From the NCBI RefSeq assembly GCF_020745735.1, contig NC_083439.1, positions 20,164,596-20,228,595 on the forward strand: a stretch of 64,000 bases of DNA, written 5' to 3'. Origin of the DNA: Hemiscyllium ocellatum. Lineage: Eukaryota. The translations under genes were made by a program, and so were the position numbers. The notes beneath the pieces were generated by a model. The model had not been told where the DNA came from. It searched no databases and saw nothing but the letters and a program-made list of their open reading frames with translations. Positions 39,150 through 52,120 of this stretch are shown piece after piece (position 1 is the stretch's first letter; the number at the start of each line of letters is the position of its first letter).

Positions 39150-41045
39150 TTGTCACAAGGAAGAAGAAGACGACAACTATGTTAGGGTGAGATGTGAAGG
39201 CTCAGTTAGGGTGTTTGAGATTTACAAGTTAGTGAGGAAAGACCTAAAGAGAGAGCTAAAAAGAGCCAGGAGGGGACATGAGAAGTCATTGGCAGATAGG
39301 ATCAAGGAAAACTCTAAAATGTTCTATAAGTATATCAGAAATTTAAAAATGACTAGACAAAGATTAGGGTCTGTCAAGGATAGTAGTGGGAAATTGTGCG
39401 TGGAGTCTGAGGAGATGGGGGAAACGCTAAATGAATATTTTTCCTCAGTATTCAACACTGGAAAAAGACAATGTTATCGAGGAGAATACTGAGATACAGG
39501 CTACTAGACTAGACAGGGTTGAGGTTCACAAGGAGGAGGTGTTAGCAATTCTGGAGAGTGTGAAAGTAGATATGTCTCTTTCAGTGGATGGGATTTTTCC
39601 AAGGATTTCCTGAGAAGCCAGTGAGAAGAGTGCAGAGCCTTTGGCTTTGATCTTTATGTAGTCATTGTCTACAGGAATAGTGCCAGAAGAGTAAAGGATA
39701 GTAAATGTTGTCCCCTTATTCAAGGAGGGGAGTAGAGACAACCACGGTAATTGTAGACCAGTGAGCCTTACTTCAGTTGTGGGCAAAGTGTTGGAAAAGG
39801 TTATAAGAGATAGGATTTATAATCATCTAGAAAGGAATAAGTTGATTAAGGATAGGTCACGCCTCACAAACCTTATGGGGTTCTTTGAGATGGTGACCAA
39901 ACAGATGGATGAGTGTAAAATGGTCGATGTGGTGTATATGAATCTCAATAAGGCATTTGATAAGGGTCCCCATGATAGGCTATTGCACAAAACACGGAGG
40001 CATGGGATTGAGGGTGATTCAGTGGTTTGCTAGCTGAAAGAAGACAAAGGGTGGTGGTCGATGGGAAATGTTCATCCTGGAGTTCACTTACCAGTGGTGT
40101 ATCGCAAGGATCTGTTTTGGGGTCACTACGGTTTGTCATTTTTATAAATGACCTGGATGAGGGCATAAAATGATGGGTTAGTAAATTTGCGGATGGCACT
40201 AAGGTTGGTAGAGTTGTGGATAGTGCTGAAGAATGTTGCAAGTTACAGAGGGACATAGATAAGCTGTAGAGCTGGCAAATGGAGTTTAATGCAGAGAAGT
40301 AAAGTGATTCACTTTGGAAGGAGTAACAGGAATAAAGAGTACTGGGCTAATGGTAAGATTCTTGGTAGTGTAGAAGAGCAGAGAGATCTCTGTGTCCATG
40401 TACAAAGATCCATGAAAGCTGCCACTCAGGTTGACAGGGTTGTTCAGAAGGCATACAGTGTGTTAGCTTTTACTGAGTTTCGAAGCCACATAGTCATGCT
40501 GCAGCTGTACAAAACGCTGGTGCTGCTCCACTTGGAGTATTGCATAAATAATGCTGGTCACTGCATTATAGGAAGGAAGTGAAAGCTTTGGAAAGGGTTC
40601 AGAGGAGATTTAATAGGATGTTGCCTGGTATGGAGGGAAGGTCTTATAAGGTAAGGCTGAGGGACACGAGGCTGTTTTCATGAGAGAAGAGAAGGTTTCG
40701 AGATGACCTATTTGAGACATACAAGGTAATCAGAGGGTTTGATAGCTTGGACAGTGAGAGCCTTTTTCCTCGGATGGTGATGGTTAGCATGAGGGGATGT
40801 AGCTATAAATTAAGGAATGTTAGATATAGGACAGATGTCAGATATAGTTTCTTTATTCAGAGAGTACTGGGGCATGGAATGCACTGCCTGCAACAGTAGT
40901 AGACTCGCCAGCTTTAAGGGCATTTAAATGGTCATTGGATAAACATATGGATGAAAATGGAATAGTGTAGGTTAGATGGGCTTCAGATTGGTTCTACAGG
41001 TCGGTGCAACATTGAGGGCCGAGAGGGCCTGTAATGTTCCATCAT
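39150..41045 (+). mobile_element. 5'-truncated CR1/HER1-like LINE, decayed ORF2 plus 3' UTR
   Basis: SLTSVVGKVLE, VDVVYM..NKAFDK, SGV.QGSVLG, KFAD and LYKTLV..HLEYC motifs with stops and frameshifts. Confidence 0.92.
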
Positions 41046-41894
41046 TGACTGATTGGTCAGCTTGACGACATGACTGTAGTTCAATGCTGTGAATTTCCAC
41101 TAAACTATACTTAAATCAATTAAACATCAAGACAGCTAAAACTGTGAATCAGAGAAGCTCTCAACGCAATCCCTTCGAGATCAGCAATACTCTTACTTTG
41201 CAGCTGACTGCAAAATTTGGATTATTATTTCTCTTCTGGCATTATTCCTTTTCCTTTCACTTACATCTGCACACATATAGTGTTTTTAAACATATTTTTA
41301 TTCCCTCTTTCTTTCAGGTATCCTTGCATTCACTGCTTCCTAACCTGTTCACAGCCTCTACTATTTTGACTACTAAGGTTCATGAGACTGCCCTGAAGCA
41401 ATTTGCTCTTCAGTTTTTTTTTCCTTCTCTCCACATGGGGAAGTACTTAATTTACAGTCATTTTCTGTCAGTGATACCAAGTTCAAAAATTTCCTTCACT
41501 GGGAATCACCAGTCTCAACACACATTCCGCTATGCTACCACAATGCTGTCACAGGGCACAAATTCAAATTAGCCTCCTTGGCACTGAATGCTTATGAATG
41601 TTAGGAGTTCCCCAGAGACTGGCTAAATTCACTGGCAATGATTTAAATACAGTATTTTTCATAGAATTATTTTAAAAACATTCCTTTTTGTCATTTCTAA
41701 TATGACTAATACAGTCTGGGTGAACATACAAAAGGTTGAGAACAGTAACTGTGACCTTTAAAATTACATGACAACATATTCTCTTCCTGACAGCATTCAA
41801 AGTTGACATGTACAACAATGTAAAAACATTATATTAATGTAGTTTTCCATCATGTATCAGGTGTCACACACACAGTCAATTTTAAATGAAGTTG

Positions 41895-42465
41895 TAGGTT
41901 GCAACTAGGGTGTTGGTGAGGCCACAACTTAAGTACTGTATACAGTTTTGGTCCCCATATTTAAAAAGGATATGTTGGTATGGAAGCAATACAAAAGGCA
42001 CTCAATAGGCTTGGTTTCTGAGACAAAGGTTTGACTTATCACACAAGTTTAGGTTTTTATTTGTTACAGTTTAGAAGAATGAGGGGTGAATTTATTGAAA
42101 CTTACAAGATTTTGAGAAGGCTTGATAGAATAAGATGATGTTTTCACTAATGAGGGGGTTTTGAACTACAGGAACATAGATACAGAATAAGTTAACACTC
42201 ATTTAAAACAGCAATGCAAAGAAATTTCTTCTTTCAGAAGGTCGTGAATGTTTGGAATTCTCTACCAGAGTTGTGGAGGCCAGATTACTGAAAGTACTTC
42301 CAGAGAAGGAAGATAAAGTTTTCAAATGTCGAAGAATCGAGGGCCATGAGAAGCTGAACGAAAGAGGAGTTGAGGTCTGTGGCAGATCAACCATGATGTT
42401 ATAGAATGGCAGAGCAGGCTTAAGGGCTGAATGGCCTACTCCTCTTCCCATTTTTTGTTATGTTC
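41895..42465 (+). mobile_element. CR1 3' fragment
   Basis: LVRPQL.YC.QFWSP remnant and GGGCTGAATGGCCTACTCCT tail. Confidence 0.8.
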
Positions 42466-42649
42466 TTGGGAAAAAAGGAAATAAAGACAACCATAATGAA
42501 AATGGTAGACAAAAGCCAGAATATGCATCATTTAACTAACTTTGGTAAGGATACTTTTAAAAGAAGAAAATCATGCTTCTCATTTCAACCTAAATAACTC
42601 TGACCATATCCAGTGTTTAATTGATGGTAATTAGATTTGAGGCCTTTAA

Positions 42650-43102
42650 CCCTTTACCCGGCAAAGACGAGTTAACGTGTCTTCACCCAATTTGTCTTTT
42701 TCAGAGTGCGACGAGTAAACTCGTCCAAAACATATAATTTCAAAAACAGCCACAGACAAGTTTATACGTCAATTCTCGGCATTTCTGGGCCCTTCTCAGC
42801 TAGAAACGAGTATACTCGGTGCCTCATACGTCTGGTAGCTGTGTCTCTTCCGCCTCAGGCATTGCAAGAAGTGTCGACGCACCGCTTTTGGGCACACACT
42901 GTCATTCGGGTTTTTCTGGTTTTTTTTTACAAATTATGCCCAAATGTCGAGCTCAGAAGATGACAATGAGTATGAACCTTCTATTAGGAGCTTGGATACA
43001 TCAGATGAGAGTGCAAGCATTAAAAATACTATAAAAAAAGCAATAAAAAAATTTGTCTGAAAATGAAACGTTTTCTCCAAAAAAAAGTCACCAGGGAAGG
43101 GG
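42650..43102. mobile_element. piggyBac-type MITE (453 bp)
   Basis: TTAA TSD on both sides; TIRs CCCTTTACCCGG / CCCCTTCCCTGG; internal CGAG-N4-CTCG-type palindromes. Confidence 0.85.
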
Positions 43103-43342
43103 TTAAAGACCTAGCTTTGGCTTAATGACAAAGTAATAAACAGTGCCTAGCAATGGCATGGTTCTCATGGCCTTAAATAAGCAACACAGTATGCATCTGC
43201 TAGTAAGTTTCTACGCAGATAGTAAATTCCACCTGCCCATTTGACCTTTCTCATCATGCTTCAATGTCAATATTTACAATGTAAAAATAATATGGCAGCA
43301 TTTATTCTACAATTTCAGTCAATAGCTGTTAACTACCATTAC

Positions 43343-43657
43343 ATAGAACAGTACAGCACAGAACAGGCCCTTCAGCCCACGATGTTGTGCCGACCATTGA
43401 TCCTCATGTATGCACCCTCAGATTTCTGTGACCATACACATGTCCAGCAGTCTCTTAAATGTCCCCAATGACCTTGCTTCCACAACTGCTGCTGGCAATG
43501 CATTCCATGCTCTCACAACTCTCTGTGTAAAGAATCCACCTCTGACATCCCCTCTATACTTTCCTCCAACCAGCTTAAAACTATGACCCCTCGTGTTAGC
43601 CATTTCTGCCCTGGGAAATAGTCTCTGGCTATGCCTCTCATTATCTTGTATACCTCA
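43343..43657 (-). mobile_element. Young CR1 3' end
   Basis: TRGHSFKL...FFTQRVVRAWNALP ORF 43418..43603. Confidence 0.88.
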
Positions 43658-44339
43658 CATATCTTGGCAACATGGTGGTATTGATGGACAGAACCTGCAA
43701 TATCTCCCAAAGGTGCTTCCTGACTTTATCACATTGTCCCTAACTTCGCAGCCTCGTCTCTCAACTCTTGCACAGGCTGCTGTCCTTGTGCACATCCTTT
43801 CTTGCACCCTTGGCCCCTTCAGCCCACTTTGCAGCTTTGCCATTCAGTATTCAATTCTTTATATCTCCTTTGTTCCGCCATTCCTCTCCATTACCCTCCC
43901 AACATTAGTTCTGGTTTTCTCTCTACAATCGTGTAACTCAGGCTATTCTTCATGCACTTGACATTCAGCATAAACCTCTGCCCTGGATCTTTCTTACTTG
44001 ATCATTCTTCAAATAGACTTGGTCATTCTAGCTTCAGCTTCTCTGCCGTTAGCCTCATTACTAACCTTGTTCTTTGCTGTCCTGATACTCAGCATATACC
44101 TGATCTCACAACCTCCTAGCCCTGTTATCCCATTAAGCATTGGTGTTCAGTGTGCCTCCTGCTTCCCTCATGTAACCATCCTCAATATCATGAAAATTAC
44201 ATTCAATCCCAACCGGTCTCTAATCTGTTCTTCAGCCAAGCTTCCAAACCAGCATTTAGCCCAGTTTTTCACCTGGATCTGGATATGATTCCCCTCATTT
44301 ACATTGCTTCCTAGCACTCCTATCAAATCTCCTCTCCAA

Positions 44340-47090
44340 GGAAAAAAGATCCCACTTCTCGTTTCTTTCCCCATAACTGAATTGTCTAATCCCTGGAATC
44401 TCTTCTGCGTGCGCTCCAATGTATTCACATCCTTCCTATAGTGTGGTGCCCAGAACAGTGTATAGGTACAATACTCCAGGTGAGGTCTAACCACTGTCTA
44501 ACCTAAGTTTATCAAATACTGTTCTGAAACTCTTCACCATTATTTATGAAGCTGAGAATACTGCATGCTTTATTACCAGTTCTTTCTGTCACCTTCAATG
44601 ATTTATCTACATAAACTCCCAGGTCCCAATGATTCTGCACATCTTTTACAATATTAGCCTTTACTTCATGCTATCTCCCCATGTTCTTATGTTCTTTGTA
44701 TCAAGTGTATCATCTCACATTGCCCTGCACTGAACTGCAGCTGCCACTATCTTCTCAAACTACCAATATGCCAATGTCCTTTAGAAGCTCTACACTGTTC
44801 TCCACAGTTTATAATTTTCCCAAGGTTTGGTTTGTCTGCAAACATCGAAATTGCCCCCGGCCCAAGATTTAGTTAACATATATATGTATGTGTATTAGGA
44901 AAAGCAAGGGTCCCAATAACAACCCCTGAAATCCTTCACTACAAACCTTGCAGCCCAAAAAATTAACCATTACTCTCTTTCCTAACCCTCAGCCAATTTT
45001 GTACCACGTTGTTACTGTTCATTTTATTCCCTGACCTACAACTTTCCTCACAAGTCTGCTGTATGGCAGTGTAGAACACCTTCTCGAAATCCATCAACAC
45101 ACCAATAGACTCTCCCTTATCAACCCTACCTGTTACTTCTTCAACAAACTCCATTAAGTTGGTTAGATGTAATTTTCTCTTAAGAAATCTTCTAAATCAA
45201 TCTACATCTTTCCATATGACGTATCCCAAATAATTGTTTCTAATGGTTTCCTCACCATCAGTGTTAAACTGACTGATCTGTAATTGCTGGGCTGATCTTC
45301 ACAACTCTTATTGAACAGGGACATAATATCTGAGTTCTCCAGTCCTTGCGCACTATATCCCTCACCCAGGAACAATTGAAAGATTATGGCTAATGCCTCT
45401 GCAATTTCGACTCTTACTTCCCAAATGTCTTTGCACATATCTCCTCTGATCCTGGTATCTCATCAACTTTAAATACTAACAACTTATCCCATACTTCTTC
45501 CTTATCAATTTTTAAGCCTTCCAGTGATGGAGTTTCCTCCTCTGTGACCATATACTGGGCAGCATTCAATTCCTTTGTAAAAATAGATGGAAAGTATTTA
45601 TTTAACACCTCAACCTTGATTCTTGAATCAAGTGTAAATCCCCTTTTTGGTCCTTAATCGATCCTATTCTTCCTTTTGTCTTACTATTGAATGCTTAAAT
45701 CAGATTTTGGAATTCCTGTTTATGCTAGCTTCCAGTTTTTTTTTCACAATCCCTCTTTGCTTCTTGTATGCACTTTTTCACTTTCCTTCTAAACCTTCTG
45801 CATTCTGCTTGATTTTTTTAAAAATTCTCTCCTGGGACGTGGGCATGGTTGGCTAGCCTTTATTGCACATCCCTAGGTGCCATTGAGAAGGTGGTGTTGA
45901 GCTGCGTTTTTGAATTGCTGCAGTTCAAGTGCTGCGGATCGACCCACAATACCCTTAGGGAGGGAATTCCAGGATTTTGACCCAGTGACAGTGAAGGAAT
46001 GGCAACATATTTCCAAGTTAGGATAGTAAGTGACTTGGAGGGGAATTTGCAAATGATGGTGTTCCCATACATTAGCTGCCCTTGTCCTTCTACAGTACAA
46101 CCTCGATTATCTGAACATCAATTATCTGAATTTCGGATTATCTGAACAACATCTCAAGGTCCTGTAAAAACAGCATTAGGCAACTCAGCATTCAGTTATC
46201 AGTTAAACAGCATTATGGCAATTATTGCCGGATAACCAAGAAATGTTCGGATAACTGGCACTCACAAATTACCACTTGTTTACGATCAGATCAATTATCC
46301 AAACGATCGATTATCCAAACAAAATACTCCCCACCCGCCTCGTTCGAAAATACAAGGTTCTTCTGTAGATGGAAGTAGTTGTGGGTTTGGAAGGGGCTGT
46401 CTGAACATCATTGGTGAATTTATACAGTGCACCTTGTAGATAGTACATACTGCTGTTGCTCTGCTGCACTATTGGTGATGGAGGGAGTGGATGCTTGTGG
46501 ATATGCTGCCAATCAATCAAGTCCTGGATGGTGTCACGTTCTTGAGTATTGATGGAGCTGCACTAATCCAGATAAGTGGGTAGTATGCTGACTTTTGCCT
46601 TGTAATGGTGGACAGAGTTTAGAGAGTCAGGGAATGAGTTACTCGCCACAGTATTCTTAGCCTCTGACCTGCTTTTATGGCGAGTTCAACTGAGTTGGTC
46701 AATGGTAATGCCTAGGGCATTGACAATGAGAGATTCAGTGACGGTAACGCCATTTTTCTTTCAAGGGACAGTGGTTAGATGGTCTCTTATTAGACACAGT
46801 AACTGTCTGACATTTGTGTGGCATAAATGTTACTTGCCACATGTTGACCCAAGTGTTGATATTGTCCAGATCTTGCTGCATTTGAATTTGGACTGCTTTG
46901 GTAGTTGAGTCTTGAATGGTGCTGAACACTATACAATCATTGGTAAACATCCCACATCTGACCTTATGATGAAGGTAATTGATGAAGCAGCTGAAGATGG
47001 TTGGGCCTTGACATTATCTAGATGAAATCCTGTAGAAATGTCCTGCAGCTGAGATGACTGACCTCTATCAACCACAACCATCATCACATA
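44340..47090 (-). mobile_element. Decayed CR1-clade LINE fragments (two families juxtaposed at ~45815)
   Basis: VRPHLEYC, DFEKVF, NYRSVSLT and QQDLDNI..W..MWQVTF motifs. Confidence 0.8.
46093..46365. mobile_element. Tc1/mariner (Tigger/pogo-like) MITE
   Basis: TA TSD; imperfect TIRs CAGTACAACCTCGATTATCTGAAC / CAGAAGAACCTTGTATTTTCGAAC; removing it restores the host LINE motif CCTTCTAGA, seen intact at ~56532. Confidence 0.8.
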
Positions 47091-48113
47091 AAGAAACCAA
47101 CTGATTTACTATCCAACTCCTTTCAAAGGCACACTTTTTATCTCTATCTCCTTTGTCACCAGGGAGTTCTGGAATTATTTCTCCCAAACTCTTCTCTTGA
47201 GGAATTAACCTTTACTATGCAAATACCCATAACTTGAGCAGAGAATTATTTTAGTGATAGTGAATGGGTGTACATTTTTGGTATGTTTAAAAGATTTATA
47301 AGCATTTGTCTTTCCACATCTAAATTATACACCAAGTCACTGCTACTTCAGCAAATAACTGCCCACAAATTCCGTGAGAAGAATAAGTTAAGTGATCAGC
47401 TCGTCTAGCTTTCTTTTCTGGTGACAATGGTTTCACTGGGAATGTTGATCAAGACATTTGGACAGTTTCCTGTTTCCATAGTGTTTAAAGTCCACTGGAA
47501 AATATAGCATTTTAATATCACACGTAAGTGATAAACTAACATTCCTTCAGTATAACACCAAAGAAGTGGAGTGGATGATTTGTGATTTAATCTTATGATT
47601 TTGTTTTTTCTTTGATTTTGTAACTTAATGCTTATTATTCTAAATTTAATTTACAAGCAAAATTGCAACAAACGGATTCCTTTTTGATTGCTGTTCCTAC
47701 AGGTACAATGTTATCTTTACATTAAAGAGTTTTGATAGATAACTGTCACATACTACACAACCCAGCAACCATGCATCATGCTCTGTTGTATATAGTGTCA
47801 TAGAGATCCACAGCACTGAAAAGGGTCTTGCTGCCCTCGCGTTTGTACTGATCAAACTCAACAATTCTAATCCCATTTCCCAGCACCTGGACCATAGCCT
47901 TTTGTGCCTTGGTACTACAAGTGCACATCTAAATACGTCTTAAATGTTACGAGGGTTTGTGCCTCTACCACCTTTACTGGCAGTGAGTCAAGATTCCCCC
48001 ACCACTCTAGGTGAGCATGTATTTTCCTTGCATCTCCTCCAAATCTTCTGCCACTTTCTTTAAATCTATGCACCACGGTTACCGAACGTCAGCAATAAGG
48101 AAAACAAACTTAC

Positions 48114-48266
48114 TTTTGTTGCAAGTCGACATTCCACAACTCTGATATTGTAGTGAGCTGTTGCAGCTTTATTCATTTCTATGCAACTGTTCGCGATCAC
48201 AAACACAGCTTCTTTTGGAAGTTTTACATTGGTGGCACGAAGTGGGTTGAATTCAATCAACTTGGC
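48114..48266 (-). CDS. GALK2: GALK2 coding exon 7, [51 protein letters not shown]
   Basis: 153 nt, tttccatag|GCC...AAA|gtaagt; overlaps ORF 48066..48260; YNxRxxEC motif. Confidence 0.96.
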
Positions 48267-49058
48267 CTATGGAAAATAAAACGACAAATTATACAGATGA
48301 ATCTGTTGCATTGTCTGACAAATGGATTCAGGGCAACCAGCATTAGAATCCAAAATTATGGAGTTCACAATATTACTCATATCTCTAATGTAGTAATCTT
48401 GTTTATTAATGGTTGCTTTGACCCCATTTACTCAGTTGGCAACTTGAGTGCAAAGTAACTAACTGAATTTTCACTAGGGGCATTTCTCATTTGGGTGGTA
48501 GCAAAAGATAGTTAGGTTGCTTACATGCAAAAACAAACTTCAAAATGATAGGGTGATTCCATAAAGATGTTTAAAATTATGAAAGGGTGTGATAGAGAAG
48601 ATCGAAAGAGATCACTTCCATTGAGGGACAGTCTCTAATATGGATGCAGAGATAGAAGTTTAAACACAAGTGATTTAAGAGCAGGAGAAACTTCCTTTTC
48701 TTCACAGACTACAGTGAAGTAGTGAAATGCCAGTGACTAAAACTGGGAACAAATTAACATTTTATATCCAGGTTAGATATAGGTGGCAGAAGGGAAAGAA
48801 GTAAGGGATTTATCAAAAGTACAAATCATTGCTCATAGTTTTTCTGTTGTGGTTTCTTTATATATCTATTTAAATACAAGTGGCCTCAGCACCCATTAGC
48901 CACAGCAGCGTCACCACTCTTTGTTTTCTAGTTGCGATTCCTGGAAACTATATGCATATGGATGTGTGGTGAAAGTAGGATGGGGCTCAGCAGTAATGTC
49001 CTCTTCAGTCAAACAGCCTCCCAGACACACAATGGGCTTTAGCAAAAAGAATTAATAC

Positions 49059-49245
49059 TTGAGTTAGACATAGGATGGAATCACCATCACAGCATAAGTC
49101 AGCTATTGCAGCCTTATTCATTTCTATGAAACTATTCGCAATCACAAACACAGCTCCTTTTCGAAATTTTTCACTGGTGGCACGAAGTGGGTCGAATTCA
49201 ATCAACTTGGCCTATGGAAAATAAAACAGCAAATTAAACAGTTGA
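49059..49245 (-). pseudogene. Diverged duplicate of GALK2 exon 7 with its 3' splice site
   Basis: 49098-49211 aligns without gaps to the first 38 codons of exon 7 (12 substitutions); about 35 nt of the acceptor intron is also copied. Confidence 0.9.
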
Positions 49246-50949
49246 CAGGAAGAACATTTTGGAGCTGATTTTCACCACGGAGAGCTTCTCCACTGCAGTG
49301 AAAATGGCAGAAATCACGAGAAATCCTAAATCCCACCCCTGTACCCAGCATTCTCCATTGTCTTGGAGGTGGGATTGTGGGTGGTCCAAAGGTCATGCAT
49401 GAGCATTTCAAAGCGGGTACCTCCATTCGAGTCAGATATTAAAGCCCCTGAAGTCTGGAGCCCAGTATGTGGAGAAGGTCTGTTCTCAGGTTATTTCTTT
49501 TTGATAGCCTGGGAACCCCTTTGGGGAGGTGAGGTATTCACGTGAGTATGGCCCCAGGAAACCTTGGAGGAGGTCAGGTATGATTTCAGAGTGGAAGGGG
49601 AATAAGGTGCTCTTTGGGATTGGAAGCCATGATAAAGACTGACGTAAAATGGCTTAAACTTGTTGGAACTGTCCAACTTACTGAGAGCTGTAAAATGTTT
49701 CATTCAGCACTGACCTTTCAAGAATTGTCAACACCTGTCATAAGTTGTTTTTATGAATGAATGACTGTGCAATAAAGTGTATTCTGCACTATAAAACTGT
49801 AAGAAATTGACTTTTATTTCTTTTCTCCTGTTTGCATGGGTATTTGTGTACACAGGTTGAAAGGCATGGTGGGTGGAAGTAGGCACTAAATTGGCATCAG
49901 AGTATAAGAGGCCATGGGGGTGGGAAGAGGACTTTAAATGACACTGATTGGCATGGATGGGACCAGAGGGTGAATGGAATGATTGGGATGGGAAGGGTGA
50001 GGGGGTGAAGGAATTTGTATATTTTACTCTTTTATTTTAATTTTTGAACAAAGTGCTTGAGCCCCAAGACAGGCCTTCCTCCAGTCTGCCTCAGGTACTG
50101 GCAGATCCTCAGCTGTTCCTGGGTCACCTGGTCAGACTTCCAATCTAGTCCAACTCACACCAGCAGCCTGAAATTGGGGTGGATGGGAGGTCTTTTTTAA
50201 GGGTTCAGTTTATAGAGCTACAGTTCTCAAAACTGAAGCCTGATTGTAAGACTTTGTGCAGAACTGAGAAAAGTATGTTACCTTTTCCATCTGTCCCTAT
50301 TCTTCTGAATTAAGTAAAAACATCAGAAAACAGTCAGATCTATTATGAGTACCTGCAATGAAAAGTGTAACATTTACACTTGACCCAACATTCCACTCCA
50401 TGTCATTTCAGTTGTATGTTTGACGATCATGTACTGCCTGAATCTCAACTAAAACCATAAAAGAGAAACACTTTCATATTTGCTAGGGCCTCAGACAGTG
50501 TTGTTGCCAAGTGCAGCAAGACTTGCCAAGACTCGTAGATAATAACTTGTCAGCAGCAGCATTCCTACGAGAATATCCTTATTGTACACCTACTGAGTGT
50601 GAAATTATATATTGCTCAGTCACTATTAATACTGAAATTATGATTAAAAATACAATTCTGCAGTTCATCTCAACATAATACTGTATTTAAGCATAAAGTC
50701 TGTTCAGAAAGGATGACCTTCCATTTACAACTACTGCACACTACAAAAGACGAATTAACAAATAAAAGTGATCAAATGCAATTTTATACAAATATATGAA
50801 ATTATTAAAAATAGTTTTAAAATTACATTTTGCTCAACAAGGTGTTAGTATGAAGTTCTTGTAAATGGATCAAACATTAGTTCAAACTATCCTACTATGG
50901 ATATTATCCTATTTATTCAAGCTGGCTCTACATATATAGAATTCTTTTT

Positions 50950-51253
50950 CATAGAATCCCTACAGTATGGAAGCATCATTTGGTCCATCAAGTCCATACT
51001 AACCCTCTGATTATCAGGCCACCCAGACCCAATCCCCTACCTTTTCCTTGTAACCCTGCATTTCCCATGGCTAACCCACCAAGCGTGGACACCATGGGGT
51101 AATTTAGCATGGCCAATCCACCTAACCAGCACATCTTTGGGCTGTGAGAGGAAACCCACGCAGACACTGGGAGAATGTACAAACTTCACACAGACAGTCG
51201 CCCAAAGCTAGAACTGAAACTGGTTCCCTGGCGCTGTGAACCACGTGATGCCC
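50950..51253 (-). mobile_element. HE1-like V-SINE, diverged
   Basis: Aligns to the other copies. Confidence 0.8.
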
Positions 51254-52120
51254 CTGTCTTTCAGAAGACATCCCTCACAAGTAAAACTCTGTACATCTAC
51301 TTCTGTTCAACACTAACAGAGCACTGTCAATAAATGTCACTCACTATCCATTCAGAATAGCATGTCTTTCTGAGTATTTGGTTACTTTGGTCTTTGCTTT
51401 GCAATTAAAGGAAATGGGTCTGTGAAATATAAAAGGCAACTGAGTATGAAATTCCTGTGTTGTCTTCTTGGAATACACACATAGTACCGTAACCAAGTAT
51501 TCTAATATTTCAAATACTCATTCTCACGTCAGGTAGAAATATTATCAGTGACAAGTAGAAAGCATTAAGCCAAATGTATAGGTCACCACAATCTGCAAGT
51601 TTCACTCTCAAGTATACACCATTTTGACTTGGAACTATATCTCTGTTACTGAGTCAAAATCCTGGAATGCCCTTTCTAACAGCACTACGAGTGCCCCTAC
51701 ACCCAAGAACTGCAGTGGTTTAGGCAGCTCTCCAACACCTTCACAGTAAGTAGGGATAGCAATAGCCCAACAACACCCATTTTCCATAATCAAATTTTAA
51801 AAAGGATAAAATTGATACCTGCACAAATTTAACTATCATTGTTCTTCATTGCCACCTATGTTTCATACTGTAAAAGCTATGTCTCAATATAACTGGATAA
51901 ACAATTATTACCTCTAGCCTTCTTTGAAAGTCTTCCCATATATCGAACTTTATCAAAAGTATCCTGTAAATCTCTGTAAATGGTTTCCACTATATAGCTC
52001 TAAAGCATGAATTCCAATTCTTGAGCTTTCATTAACTTCTCAAAGAAATCCAGCAGAATAATAGAACATTGTCCATTACTCTCCATAACATTTTGTACTT
52101 CAGGTAAGTTATTTAGATTG

